Of a DNA stretch of 64,000 nt, positions 29,545 to 39,918 are shown piece by piece. Each line of letters opens with the position of its first letter. The stretch's first letter is position 1. The notes beneath the pieces were generated by a model. That model had not been told where the DNA came from. It did not search any database and saw nothing but the letters and a program-made list of their open reading frames with translations. Origin of the DNA: an uncultured bacterium (GTDB taxonomy: Bacteria > Chloroflexota > UBA5177 > JANWHV01). Where the stretch lies: assembly GCA_963827235.1 (NCBI GenBank), contig CAWHAE010000012.1:1088001-1152000 (forward strand), read 5' to 3'. Made by a program: the position numbers and the translations under genes.

Positions 29545-31170
29545 ATGCAGCGAACCGCCGACCTGCAAATGCCCACCAATCCGCTCGCCGACGCCCTGCT
29601 CACCGACGCCTACGAGTTCACCATGGCCTATGCCTGGTGGAAAGCCGGCACCCACCGGCGAAGCGCAGTCGCCGACCTGTTCTTCCGCCATAACCCGTTT
29701 GGCGGCGCCTTCACCGTCTTTGCCGGCTCCTCCGAAGTCGCGCGCTTCCTTGCCGGCTATCGGATTACTGACGAGCACATCGAGCGCCTGCACGCGGTCA
29801 TGCCGCCGGGCACCGAGGCGCGATTCTTCGACTGGCTCAAAGCAAGCACGCTGGATCAGGTCCGCGTCCGCGCCCTGCACGAAGGCACGCTCGCCTTCCC
29901 GCAACTTCCCTTGATGATCGTCGAAGGACCGATTGCGCAGGTTCAGCTACTCGAAACCGCGCTGCTCACTCTGATCAATTACGCCACCTTGGTCGCCACC
30001 TCCGCCGCCCGCCTTCGACTGGCCGCCGGTCCCGGCACACGCCTGCTGGAGTTCGGACTGCGGCGCGCGCCCGGCGTCGACGGGGGTATCTCGGCGAGCC
30101 GATACGCCTACCTGGGCGGTTTCGACGCAACCAGCAACGTCAAGGCAGCCGATCTGTTCCCGGAGCTGCCCGTCTCGGGCACCCATGCCCATGCGTTCGT
30201 CCAGAGCTTTCTCGGCCTCGAGGAATCGGCCACCGCCGACTTCCTGGCGGCCGACGGTAAGCCGTTCGATCTGAAGGCAGCGGCACTGCGCTATCGCACG
30301 GCGCTCGGCGCTCCGCGCACTCACGACGGAGAGCTAGCGGCCTTCCTCAGCTACGCCGGCGCTTACCCTTCAGGCTTCCTGGCGCTCATCGACACGTACG
30401 ATACCCTCAAGAGCGGGTTGCCTAACTTCCTTGCCGTAGCTCTCGCCCTGCACGACGCCGGCTACCGCCCGCTGGGCATCCGACTCGACTCCGGCGATCT
30501 GGCCTACCTGTCGCGCCAGGCTCGCGCCGCGTTCAAGTCGGCGACCGAACACTTCAACGTCCCATTCGACTCCCTGACGATCGTGGCCAGCAACGATATC
30601 GACGAGCGGACGCTCCTGGCGCTCAACGAGCAGAGACACGAGATCAATACTTTCGGCATCGGCACGCGCCTGGTTATGCCCGCCGAAGCGCTCGGTGCGG
30701 TGTATAAGCTGAGCGACGTGGCCGGGCACCCGCGCATTAAGGTGTCGAGCGACCCGGTAAAAACCACCATTCCCGGCCGCAAGAACGCCTACCGGCTGTC
30801 CGTCGCCGGCAACGGCGAGACGCGGCCGCTGGCCGTCGTGGACCTGATGACGCTGGGTGACGAGGAGCCGCCCGTGCCCGGCCGGCCGGTCCTCTGCCGC
30901 CACCCCTTCAACGAGGCCCAGCGCATGCGCGTCACGCCCGCGCACGTGCAGAACCTCTATGAGGTCATCTGGGACGGCAGCCTGCGGTCCGAAGCGGTCA
31001 GGCCGCTCGGTGAGGTGCGCTCCCACGTGCTCACGCAGCTGGCTTGCTTCCGGCAGGATCATCTTCGCGCCCTGAACCCCACGCCGTATAAGGTCAGTGT
31101 GAGCGCCCGACTGTATCAGTTTCTCCACGAGCTGCTGGCGAGCGAGGTTCCGATCACCGAGATCGGCTGA
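29545..31170 (+). CDS. pncB: Nicotinate phosphoribosyltransferase
   Basis: LLTDAYEFTM, LLEFGLRRA, ATSNV, GTHAHAFV (phospho-His), LIDTYD, GIRLDSGDL, ASNDIDE, FGIGT; start may be ATG at 29569. Confidence 0.95.
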   Translation: MQRTADLQMPTNPLADALLTDAYEFTMAYAWWKAGTHRRSAVADLFFRHNPFGGAFTVFAGSSEVARFLAGYRITDEHIERLHAVMPPGTEARFFDWLKASTLDQVRVRALHEGTLAFPQLPLMIVEGPIAQVQLLETALLTLINYATLVATSAARLRLAAGPGTRLLEFGLRRAPGVDGGISASRYAYLGGFDATSNVKAADLFPELPVSGTHAHAFVQSFLGLEESATADFLAADGKPFDLKAAALRYRTALGAPRTHDGELAAFLSYAGAYPSGFLALIDTYDTLKSGLPNFLAVALALHDAGYRPLGIRLDSGDLAYLSRQARAAFKSATEHFNVPFDSLTIVASNDIDERTLLALNEQRHEINTFGIGTRLVMPAEALGAVYKLSDVAGHPRIKVSSDPVKTTIPGRKNAYRLSVAGNGETRPLAVVDLMTLGDEEPPVPGRPVLCRHPFNEAQRMRVTPAHVQNLYEVIWDGSLRSEAVRPLGEVRSHVLTQLACFRQDHLRALNPTPYKVSVSARLYQFLHELLASEVPITEIG

Positions 31171-31481
31171 CAGCAAGAGCGGTCTCCACTGCCTGCGCGG
31201 GCTTGGGGGCCGCCCGCTACGCCAGCACTCGGCACGGCCGGCGCTCGTCGGCAGAGTGTGTTTCGCAGCTCTCGACGCGTGCTGCGGCTCCCGTGGCGAA
31301 AGCCATGGGCCAATGTCGGGGTCGACGCCGTGCATGGTCGACCTCAGCAAGGTGGTAATCTGACAAGTGCGACGGTGGGGAAGCACTGCACGCTGGGTTG
31401 AACGAAGCGCATGCCCCGCGTCCTGCTTCAGGACGCGAAGAGTCTGAGCCGGCCGTTGCGCAGGCCCGGCAGAGGTGAGAC

Positions 31482-34400
31482 ATGTCACGCCGACCGTTGG
31501 GCGATGCGGGTGAAGGACCGCGGCTCGAGACCATCGCCGGATATCAGGTAATCGAGTGGCTCTGCGTGACGGGCAATGGCCGGCTGTGCCGAGCGAAACG
31601 CACTCTGGACCTCGCACCGGTGATCCTGAAGCTGCCCAATCCCGCCGGCATGACTCCTGCGCAGGTGACGGCCTTTCGCCATGAATACGATCTTCTTTCA
31701 CAGCTGAACGTGCCGGGCGTCGCTCGGCCCGTCGCCTGGATCGCGGCGCGAGAGCCGGCCATGGTGCTCGAGGACTTTCGCGGCGAGTCTCTGGCTACCG
31801 TGCTCAGTCGGGGCCGCCTCGGCATGAAACCGGCACTTCAGCTCGCCCGCGATCTGGCGCGAATCCTGGCCGGGCTGCACGCGGCGCACCTCGTCCATCG
31901 CGATCTCCGGCCTGCCAACTTCCTGGTCGACCTCAACGGGAGCACGCTCCGCCTCGTCGATTGTAGTCGTGCCTGCTACGAGGCCGACGCCCACCTGACC
32001 GTAACGCCGCCCGTCGAGCCGGAGGCGTGGGCATATCTCGCACCGGAGCAGACCGGGCAGCTTCAGCGGGTGATAGACGAACGCTCGGACCTCTATGCCG
32101 CGGGCGTCATGATGTACCAGCTTTTCACCGGCGAACTACCGTTCAGCGCCAGCGATCCGCTGGAGTGGGCGCACTGCCATGTCGCCCTCGAACCGCGCTC
32201 GCCGATTGAGCTGGATCCGGTCTTCCCGCCGGCGCTCGCCGCCGTCGTGCTGCGGCTTCTTGCCAAGCAGGCGGACGACCGTTACCAGAGCGCTCGCGGT
32301 CTGGAGCGGGATCTCGAGCACTGCCTGCTGCAGTGGGAGGAACACCAAGCTATCGCGCCGTTTCCCCTGGGCAGGAGTGACGCAACCGAGCGCTTCCAGC
32401 TGCTGCGACGCTTTTACGGCCGCACGACCGAGCTGGCAACTCTCATGGACATCTTCGAACGCATGGCCACGACCGGCGTACCATCGTGGGCCCTGGTCAC
32501 CGGGCCTGCAGGTATCGGCAAGACGTCACTAGTACAGGAAGCGCACCGCCGGGTCGCGCGCCGGCACGGTTACTTCGCCGCCGGCAAGTTCGAGCAGTAT
32601 CGCGGTGAGCTGCCCTACGCCAGCATTGCGCAAGCCTTTCGCGACCTCATCCGGCAACTGCTGGGTGAAGCCACTGAGCAGATAGAAGCCTGGCGGAACC
32701 GGTTCCAGGAGGCGCTTGGGCCTAGCGGCCGCCTGATCACCGACATCGTGCCGCAGCTCGAGCTGATCATCGGGCCACAGCCCGAGCTACCGCCGCTGCC
32801 GCCGATCGAGGCACGTCACCGCTTCCACTACGTCTTCCGGCAGTTCGTCGAGGTGGTGGCAAGTTCGGAACACCCACTGGTGATGTTCCTGGACGACCTG
32901 CAGTGGGCCGACGCCGGCACTCTGGCGTTGATAGAGGACCTGCTGACCTTTCCGGAAACACATTATGTCTTGTTCATCGGCTCCTATCGCGAACAGCTCG
33001 TCCACGGCTCGCATCCCCTCGTCGAGACGATAGCGGCGGTCAAGGCCGTGCTCCAGCCGCTGCAAATTCATCTTGGCCCACTCGACGACACGTCGCTGCA
33101 GCAACTGGTGGCCGATACGCTGCGGGCCGAGCCCATGAGCATCGCCGGCCTCGCGGCGCTCGTACAACGCCAAACAGAAGGCAACCCGTTCTTCGTCATG
33201 CAGTTCCTGCGCGCACTGCAACACGATGGTCTGATCAACTTCGACATGCAGCAGGGCTGCTGGCGCTGGAGCACGGCGCGCATCGAGAGCGCGCACGTAG
33301 CCGACGACGTTGTCGAGCTGCTGGTCGACACGATCAGGGGCCTCACACCCGCCGCTCGCGCGGTGCTGGCGGTCGCCTCGTGCATCGGTAGCCAGTTCGA
33401 CACAGGCACCTTGGCTGCCGTCGCCGGTTCTACACTCGAGAGCATCGCCGGCGAGCTGCAACCGGCCGTCGACCTTGGACTGCTCCTCCCACTAGGGCGG
33501 CCAGGCCCGACCCATGAGAGGGCGCCGGCACCGCCGGCAACCGGTCCACGGGACGAATACCGCTGGCTGCACGACCGCGTGCAGCAGGCCGCGTACTCGC
33601 TCATTCCACAGGCTGAGCTCCCGGTACTCCACCTGCAAATCGGACGAGCCCTGATGAATCGAGCACAGATCGCGGAGGGAGGAGCGACGCTGTTTGAGGT
33701 CGTGAGCCACCTGAACGCGGGAGCCGGCCTCATCGAGGACGAAGCCGAAAGCGTGCAGTTGGCGGAGCTCAATCGCGCGGCCGGCGAACAGGCCGCTGCG
33801 GCCAACGCCTACGCCTCGGCCGTCTCGTACTATTCCACCGGCATGACACTGCTTCCGGCAGGGAGTTGGGACGAGCAGTATACGCTGACGTTCGACCTGT
33901 ACCGGGGTCGCGCCGAGTGCGCCTATCTGAGCGGCGACTTCGCGGCCACGGAGCAGTACTCTCAGCAGGCGCTGCAGCACGCCCGGGACAATGCAGACAG
34001 GGTCAGGCTGTATATGCTCAAGATCGACCTGTACACGACCTCGGGCCAGGAGGCGAACGCGCTCGCCGCGGGAGTAGAATGCCTCCACGAGCTGGGGATC
34101 GATTTCCCGGCCGCACCCTCCGCGGAGCGTGTCGCGGCCGAGGAGCGGCTTGTGTGGACGCTGCTCGGCGATAAACCCATCGAGTCTTTGCTGGACCTCC
34201 CGCCCATCGAAAGCGTGGACGTCTCGGCGGCACTCGATATCCTTGCCGTCATGCATCCGCCTGCCCACTTTGCCGACCAACGTCTGTACGAGATCATCCC
34301 CTCATTCATGACCACGCTCACGCAGCGCTTTGGCACAGCTCCTTCCTCTGCCATCGGATACGCCATGTTTGGCGCGGTGATCGGCCATCTACGCGGCAGG

Positions 34401-36995
34401 TACCAGGAAGCCTACAGGTTCGGCAAGCTGGCGTGCAATCTAATCGATCGCGTGCCGAACCCTTCCTTTCGAGCCAGGGTCTATCTCCCCATGGGCCACT
34501 TCATCAACCCCTACGCCCGGTCGTTCGCCTCGTCGGTTCCATACCTGGACCAGTGTTTCAAGTCGGCCATGCAAGCCGGCAACTTGACGTTCTCGTGCTA
34601 CGCGCTGTTCGCACGCCTGTCGCTGGTGCTGATGAACGGCGACCATCTGGACGACGTGTACCAGCACGCCGTGCGATGCCTCGATTTCACTCGCCAGGCG
34701 AGATTTGGCTTGATCACCGACGGCTCTGCCGGCCTGGAACGCCTGGTGCAGGATCTGCGCGGCAACACTGCCCGTCCCGGATCCTTCTCCGGCCCGCTCT
34801 TCGACGAAGATGCCGTCATGGCGCGCATGCGCGGCGGCGCAGCGTTCAGTTGCTGCTACTATCTGCTGCGGAGGCTCCAGTCGCACTACCTGTATGGGGA
34901 CTTCGCTGCCGCGTTGGCGCTGCTGGATGAGGCGACGCCGTACCTGCATGTCGTCACCGCCGAGCTCGCGTCCGCCGAGTACTGCTTCTACGGCGCACTT
35001 ACCCTGGCCGCCGCCTACGAAGAGGCGCCGGTGCGGCAAAGTGAGATCAAGGAACGCCTATCGGCGCACCAGGCGCGACTCCGCGCCTGCACGGACAGCG
35101 CTTCAGGCAACTTCGAGAACCAGCTCGACCTCGTCAGCGCCGAGGTCGCACGCATTGAGGGCAGGGATCTCGAGGCCATGCGCCTCTTCGACGCGGCGAT
35201 CAGGTCCGCCCGCGACAACGGATTCGTGCAGCAGGAAGCGATTGCCGGCGAGGTCGCCGCGAGGTTCTACGCCCGGCGCGGATTCGTCGACATTGCCGAG
35301 CTGCTTCTCCGGCAGTCGCGCGCTTGCTACGGGCGCTGGGGCGCCAACGGCAAGGTGCGGCAGCTCGATACTCTCTACCCCCAGCTGGCGACCGACCCAG
35401 TGCCGCCCTCTGCCTTGTCGCAGGCGGAGTCGCAGCAGCTCGACGTACTGGCGCTCGTCAAGTCCCTGCAAGCAATCTCCGGGCAGATCGATATCGACCA
35501 CCTGCTCGACACTTTGATGCGCGTGCTGATGGAAAGCGCCGGCGCGCAGAAGGGCTACCTGTGGTTCGCGCACGTGGATGGCGCTGCGCTCGTGGCGGAG
35601 ACCCGCGGCGGCAGGCAAGGGCTGCATGTGCGCCGTGTGCTGCAAGCCGCGGAGGCACCGGTCCCGGCATCGGTGCTCAACTACGTCCGGCGCAGCCGCG
35701 AGGTCGTGATGCTCTCGGATGCGACGGCGCCAAACCCCTTCTCCGAGGATGCCTATTTGGCGCAGCGCAAGCCGAAATCGTTGCTCTGTTTGCCCATTCT
35801 ACACCAGGCCGAGCTCGTGGGTTTGCTCTACCTCGAGAACAACCTGTCCACGCAGTCGTTCACGCCGCAGCGCCTGACCGTGATCGGGTTGCTCGCCGCG
35901 CAGGCCGGCGTCTCCCTGGAGAATGCCCGGCTGTACGCGGCAGTGCGGGCCAGTGAGGCACATCTGCGCGCGGTGCTGCAGAGCGCGCCGATCCTGCTCT
36001 TTGGCGTGGACGGCAGAGGTCGGTTCACACTCGTGGCGGGCGGCAACTCAACGCTGTTGGGCGTGCAGGCCGAGGAGCTTGCCGACAGGCCGATTGCCGA
36101 CGCCTTCTCACATCGGGCGGACCTGCTGAGCCACTACTACCGCGCGGCGGGCGGAGAAGCACACACGGCGACCATCGAATCAGGCAGCGCCAGCGTGGAG
36201 ATGCATTGGACGCCACAGCGCGCCGCGAACGGCTCGATAGCAGGCGTGATTTGCGTCGCCGTGGACGTCACCGACCGCGTAGCCGCACAGCGCGCCGCGG
36301 AGACACTTGCCGGCCTGCGCAGCGACTTCGTCGCCTCGGTCAGCCACGAGCTGCGCACGCCGCTCACCGCGATCATCGGCTACGGAGAGCTATTACAGGC
36401 GCGGTGGGTAGCCTTTAGCGAAGAACGAAAGCAGGAGCACCTCGCGCGCATTCTCTCCTCGGCAAACCGGCAGAAACGACTGGTAGACGACCTTCTCTTA
36501 CTCGGCCGGATGGAGCTCGGGCACATGAACACGAGGATGGAGCGTGTCTCGGTGGCCCCCACCATTGGGCGCGCTGCCGACGAGGTGCGCAACACGTACC
36601 GCGGCCAGATCATCGATCTGGCCGGCCCGGCCGATCTCGTCGCCCTGGCGGACGGCGAGCGCATGGTGCAGATCCTGGCTAACTTGCTCGACAACGCGGC
36701 CAAGTACTCGGAGGAGGGCAGCCGCGTCTCCGCCACGTGGGCCCGGGAGGGCAACCACGTGGTAGTGCGCGTGCACGACCAGGGCAGCGGCATCCCGCCG
36801 AGCGGGCAGGAGATTCTGTTCACGCGTTTCGGGCGCGTTCCGGGCAGCCGTACGCGGGCCGGGCGCGTGGGCACGGGGCTGGGCCTCTTCCTCAGCCGCC
36901 AGATCGCCGAAGCCATGGGTGGCACCTTGAACCTGGAAGACACCGGGCCTACCGGCAGCACGTTCTGCCTTCGCCTGCCACTGGCCTCGAGCTGA
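31482..36995 (+). CDS. Hybrid Ser/Thr kinase - AAA ATPase - helical - GAF - PAS - histidine kinase
   Basis: VILK, HRDLRPANF, YLAPEQTG, SDLYAAG; Walker A GPAGIGKT and Walker B FLDDLQWAD; HDRVQQAAY; GAF LYLENN; SHELRTPLT; GTGLGL. Confidence 0.95.
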   Translation: MSRRPLGDAGEGPRLETIAGYQVIEWLCVTGNGRLCRAKRTLDLAPVILKLPNPAGMTPAQVTAFRHEYDLLSQLNVPGVARPVAWIAAREPAMVLEDFRGESLATVLSRGRLGMKPALQLARDLARILAGLHAAHLVHRDLRPANFLVDLNGSTLRLVDCSRACYEADAHLTVTPPVEPEAWAYLAPEQTGQLQRVIDERSDLYAAGVMMYQLFTGELPFSASDPLEWAHCHVALEPRSPIELDPVFPPALAAVVLRLLAKQADDRYQSARGLERDLEHCLLQWEEHQAIAPFPLGRSDATERFQLLRRFYGRTTELATLMDIFERMATTGVPSWALVTGPAGIGKTSLVQEAHRRVARRHGYFAAGKFEQYRGELPYASIAQAFRDLIRQLLGEATEQIEAWRNRFQEALGPSGRLITDIVPQLELIIGPQPELPPLPPIEARHRFHYVFRQFVEVVASSEHPLVMFLDDLQWADAGTLALIEDLLTFPETHYVLFIGSYREQLVHGSHPLVETIAAVKAVLQPLQIHLGPLDDTSLQQLVADTLRAEPMSIAGLAALVQRQTEGNPFFVMQFLRALQHDGLINFDMQQGCWRWSTARIESAHVADDVVELLVDTIRGLTPAARAVLAVASCIGSQFDTGTLAAVAGSTLESIAGELQPAVDLGLLLPLGRPGPTHERAPAPPATGPRDEYRWLHDRVQQAAYSLIPQAELPVLHLQIGRALMNRAQIAEGGATLFEVVSHLNAGAGLIEDEAESVQLAELNRAAGEQAAAANAYASAVSYYSTGMTLLPAGSWDEQYTLTFDLYRGRAECAYLSGDFAATEQYSQQALQHARDNADRVRLYMLKIDLYTTSGQEANALAAGVECLHELGIDFPAAPSAERVAAEERLVWTLLGDKPIESLLDLPPIESVDVSAALDILAVMHPPAHFADQRLYEIIPSFMTTLTQRFGTAPSSAIGYAMFGAVIGHLRGRYQEAYRFGKLACNLIDRVPNPSFRARVYLPMGHFINPYARSFASSVPYLDQCFKSAMQAGNLTFSCYALFARLSLVLMNGDHLDDVYQHAVRCLDFTRQARFGLITDGSAGLERLVQDLRGNTARPGSFSGPLFDEDAVMARMRGGAAFSCCYYLLRRLQSHYLYGDFAAALALLDEATPYLHVVTAELASAEYCFYGALTLAAAYEEAPVRQSEIKERLSAHQARLRACTDSASGNFENQLDLVSAEVARIEGRDLEAMRLFDAAIRSARDNGFVQQEAIAGEVAARFYARRGFVDIAELLLRQSRACYGRWGANGKVRQLDTLYPQLATDPVPPSALSQAESQQLDVLALVKSLQAISGQIDIDHLLDTLMRVLMESAGAQKGYLWFAHVDGAALVAETRGGRQGLHVRRVLQAAEAPVPASVLNYVRRSREVVMLSDATAPNPFSEDAYLAQRKPKSLLCLPILHQAELVGLLYLENNLSTQSFTPQRLTVIGLLAAQAGVSLENARLYAAVRASEAHLRAVLQSAPILLFGVDGRGRFTLVAGGNSTLLGVQAEELADRPIADAFSHRADLLSHYYRAAGGEAHTATIESGSASVEMHWTPQRAANGSIAGVICVAVDVTDRVAAQRAAETLAGLRSDFVASVSHELRTPLTAIIGYGELLQARWVAFSEERKQEHLARILSSANRQKRLVDDLLLLGRMELGHMNTRMERVSVAPTIGRAADEVRNTYRGQIIDLAGPADLVALADGERMVQILANLLDNAAKYSEEGSRVSATWAREGNHVVVRVHDQGSGIPPSGQEILFTRFGRVPGSRTRAGRVGTGLGLFLSRQIAEAMGGTLNLEDTGPTGSTFCLRLPLASS

Positions 36996-37038
36996 GGCCA
37001 GCGGCGGACGCGCTTGCAGCGATGAGAGCGGGCTCGCA

Positions 37039-37200
37039 TCAGCAGTAGACGACGAGGCCGGGAAACTGGGCCATCATGGCGTCGCCGCTGAGCAGCGGCA
37101 GGCCTCCGACGATGGCCTGCGCCGCCAGAAGGCGGTCAAGAGGATCGCGATGCTGTACCGTGAATTGCCCCGCCAGCAGTGCATGCATAACGGCCCGTGC
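37039..37200 (-). pseudogene. VapC/PIN toxin C-terminal remnant
   Basis: HRDPLDRLLAAQAIVGGLPLLSGD matches the HRDPFDR PIN motif; the N-terminal LLDT motif and any antitoxin are absent. Confidence 0.75.
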
Positions 37201-37385
37201 CGTCTGTCGCGGCACCAACGGCCGCGCGTGGTCCGTGAAGCCGGTCGCCTCACTGCCGGCCGGCAAATCGCAGGCAGACGCGCTCACCGTATCGCGCGGA
37301 ACAACCCGCGGGGTCGATGGCCGCCGGTGCGCTACGATGTGATCGGTGGAGTCACCACCAGCAGAGTATAGAAGGAGTGCACACG

Positions 37386-37811
37386 ATGGCCAATCCCCTG
37401 CCCGACCCCAGCACGCCCTTCGGCAGCCGCGTGGCCAGCCGCCTGCGCGAAGACCACGTGATCTGGCTTGCAGCAGTGGACGCGACCGGCTCGCCGCAGC
37501 TCAACCCGGTGTGGTTCTACTGGGACGGCGAGGCGTTTCTGGTGTTCAACCGGCCCGGCGCCAAGCGCCTCAAGCATATCGAGAAGAACCCCAAGGTCGC
37601 TCTGCACTTCAACTCGGACAACGGCGGCGCCGACGTCGTCATCTTCGCCGGCGAGGCGCACGCGCACACGGGCTGGTCTGCCGACGCGGTGGCTGCTTAT
37701 CGCGAGAAGTACCTCGCCGAGATCCCGTCGATCGGTCACACGTGGGAGTCGCTGCAGGCGGAGTACTCGGTCGCGCTGCGCATTACCGTTACCAGGACAC
37801 GCGGCTTCTAG
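37386..37811 (+). CDS. PPOX-class F420-dependent oxidoreductase (Rv3369-like)
   Basis: AAGGAG RBS; RLREDHVIWL...GSPQLNPVWF...KRLKHIEKNPKVALHF. Confidence 0.9.
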   Translation: MANPLPDPSTPFGSRVASRLREDHVIWLAAVDATGSPQLNPVWFYWDGEAFLVFNRPGAKRLKHIEKNPKVALHFNSDNGGADVVIFAGEAHAHTGWSADAVAAYREKYLAEIPSIGHTWESLQAEYSVALRITVTRTRGF

Positions 37812-37932
37812 CGCCCGTCCAAGACTGCGAGGGCGACCGGCCAGCAGTGCCTGGTGGCTGCCGCTTGCGCTCTCCGCACGGTCGGTGGATAGTCTGCCGA
37901 CCGTGCGGAGACGCCGGCCGCGGACGGATGAC

Positions 37933-39258
37933 CTACCGGCTGCTCAAGATCTCGTCCGCCGCGCGGCTGCCGGTAGCCATCGCACCGTGCACGGTGCCGG
38001 TATGTCCGTCGGAGACCGTAGCCTCGCCGGCGAAGAAGAGCGTGCCGGACAGTGGTGCTCCAAGCTGCCGGGGAGCATCCAGTCCGCCGGCGCGCACGTA
38101 GCTGTAGGCCCCCCGTGAGAACGGATCGGCGCTCCAGTTGTGCAGGTGACGGCTCTCCAGGGCGGACTCGAGCTCGCCGGCGGGCAGTCCCAGGATACGG
38201 GCCAGCGTCTCGACTGCCTGAGCGGAGATGGACAAGTCCGTCCCAGTCCCGAGCGAGTCGGCACGGGGCCCGGCCACCCAGCCGGCCAGCAGCGGAGAGA
38301 CGAGCGGATAACTGGTCCACCAGGTGCGAAAGACCTCGGCGGGCGCGTAGAGAAACGACAGCCCTGGCAGACGAGGACCGGCGCGTCCGGGCTCGTCCCA
38401 AAACGGCTCGCGAAACCGCAACAGCACCTTGACCGCGTGGCCCATGGCGATGGCCTCGTACGCCGGCAGCTTGACTTGCAGCTCGGGTACGAAGCGCACC
38501 GCGCCGCCGGCGCGCGGATCGGCGGTCAGCACTCCGAGGGGAAGCGTTATCACCGCCGCTCGGGCCGTGACCGGTTCGAGCGTTGCCCCGGAGGGTGAGT
38601 GACTGGCGATCCGGACCCTTCCCCGTGACCACTCTACTTCATGCACGATCGTGTTCAGGCGCACCAACGCCCGGTCCGGGGGCAGGCCGTCGCCAAGCCG
38701 CGCAATCAGCCGACCGTAGCCGCCGGATAGTCGAAACTGCCGGTGACCGTCGATCTGCCCGGCTGCCTTCTCGGTCTGCGCGAGCCACTCTGTGCTGACA
38801 CTGTGAGTGTCGGCAGCGTCGAAGCCCTCCACGTAGTCTTCGATCGCGCGGCGGGCAGCGACCTCTCGTCCCTCGGGGAAGCGCGCGTCGAGCAAGGATG
38901 CCAGCGTGCTATCCGCGCCCTGCCGCACGGAGACCTCTTCCCGCACGCGGTTCTTCCCAGCGCCCTTGCCGTCGTCCTCCCGAAATTGCCCGTCCTCCGA
39001 GATCCACCTCGTTCCTTGAATCTCGTACAATCCAAGCTCGTGCCCGGTCGACGAGAAGATCTGTGATGGTCTGCCGTGTACGAACTCGGCACCCAGCTCC
39101 AGAGGAGCGAGCGACCCCGCGTGATGAGTCGTGTAGATGCGCCCACCAAGGCGATCGCGGGCCTCCAGGAGGACGACGGTCCGGCCACGCTCGGTCAGCC
39201 GGCGCGCCGCGGTCAGGCCAGCCGCGCCGCCACCGATCACCGCGACGTCTACGTCCAT
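37933..39258 (-). CDS. Flavin monoamine oxidase-family protein
   Basis: VAVIGGGAAGL, LEARDRLGGR, ELGAEFVHG, WSADPFSRGAYS, LFFAGEAT, TVHGAMATG. Confidence 0.93.
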   Translation of the reverse strand: MDVDVAVIGGGAAGLTAARRLTERGRTVVLLEARDRLGGRIYTTHHAGSLAPLELGAEFVHGRPSQIFSSTGHELGLYEIQGTRWISEDGQFREDDGKGAGKNRVREEVSVRQGADSTLASLLDARFPEGREVAARRAIEDYVEGFDAADTHSVSTEWLAQTEKAAGQIDGHRQFRLSGGYGRLIARLGDGLPPDRALVRLNTIVHEVEWSRGRVRIASHSPSGATLEPVTARAAVITLPLGVLTADPRAGGAVRFVPELQVKLPAYEAIAMGHAVKVLLRFREPFWDEPGRAGPRLPGLSFLYAPAEVFRTWWTSYPLVSPLLAGWVAGPRADSLGTGTDLSISAQAVETLARILGLPAGELESALESRHLHNWSADPFSRGAYSYVRAGGLDAPRQLGAPLSGTLFFAGEATVSDGHTGTVHGAMATGSRAADEILSSR

Positions 39259-39369
39259 GACATGGTCTCCCCTGCTCTCGGCGTCCGGACCGCGGACCCC
39301 GAAATGTGTCCGCGCCGTGCCGCGAGCGTTCCGCGGGTCTTGTGCCATAGAGAAGCGGGCGCGCTAGTG

Positions 39370-39918
39370 CTATTCCCCATGCCCAGCCTGCACCTCCGAG
39401 CGATCGACGACCATGTAGGCAACGGTGTCCCACGCATTGTGGATACCGACGAACACCAGCAGCACGGTGGCACCGGCGACGACGAACAGGGTCGGGTCCG
39501 CACGGCTCGGAAGGAGCAGAGCCGCCCCGGCAATCGCCACGTATGAGACCGATGGGAGCACCACATGCCAGAACCAGTCTTCCAGCACCGCGCTATAGCT
39601 CGACTGGCGGCGCACCCTTCGCACCACCACCACGACGTACCCCAGCCCTGCCAGCCCGCAGACGCCGAGCATGAAAGCGGCATGCCACAGCACCCGCCAC
39701 GGTGCGCTGAGGATGGCGGCAACCCCCAGCGCGGCACAGAAGTGCACGACCGTTGGAGTACCGAACGCGGCGATACCCTCGCCCGACTCGTGGACCTCAA
39801 TCCTGGCGATCAGCGTGACCACCACGAACTGCAGGCCCGTCAGAGCCGCGGCCGCGGAGCCGATGATCACGTAGTAGTTCGACCATTGGGTAAGCACGGG
39901 CAACGCGGTCTCGAGCAT
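39370..39918 (-). CDS. Integral membrane protein of unknown function
   Basis: WSNYYVIIGSAAAALTGLQFV..., about five TM helices, GIHNAWD. Confidence 0.8.
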   Translation of the reverse strand: MLETALPVLTQWSNYYVIIGSAAAALTGLQFVVVTLIARIEVHESGEGIAAFGTPTVVHFCAALGVAAILSAPWRVLWHAAFMLGVCGLAGLGYVVVVVRRVRRQSSYSAVLEDWFWHVVLPSVSYVAIAGAALLLPSRADPTLFVVAGATVLLVFVGIHNAWDTVAYMVVDRSEVQAGHGE

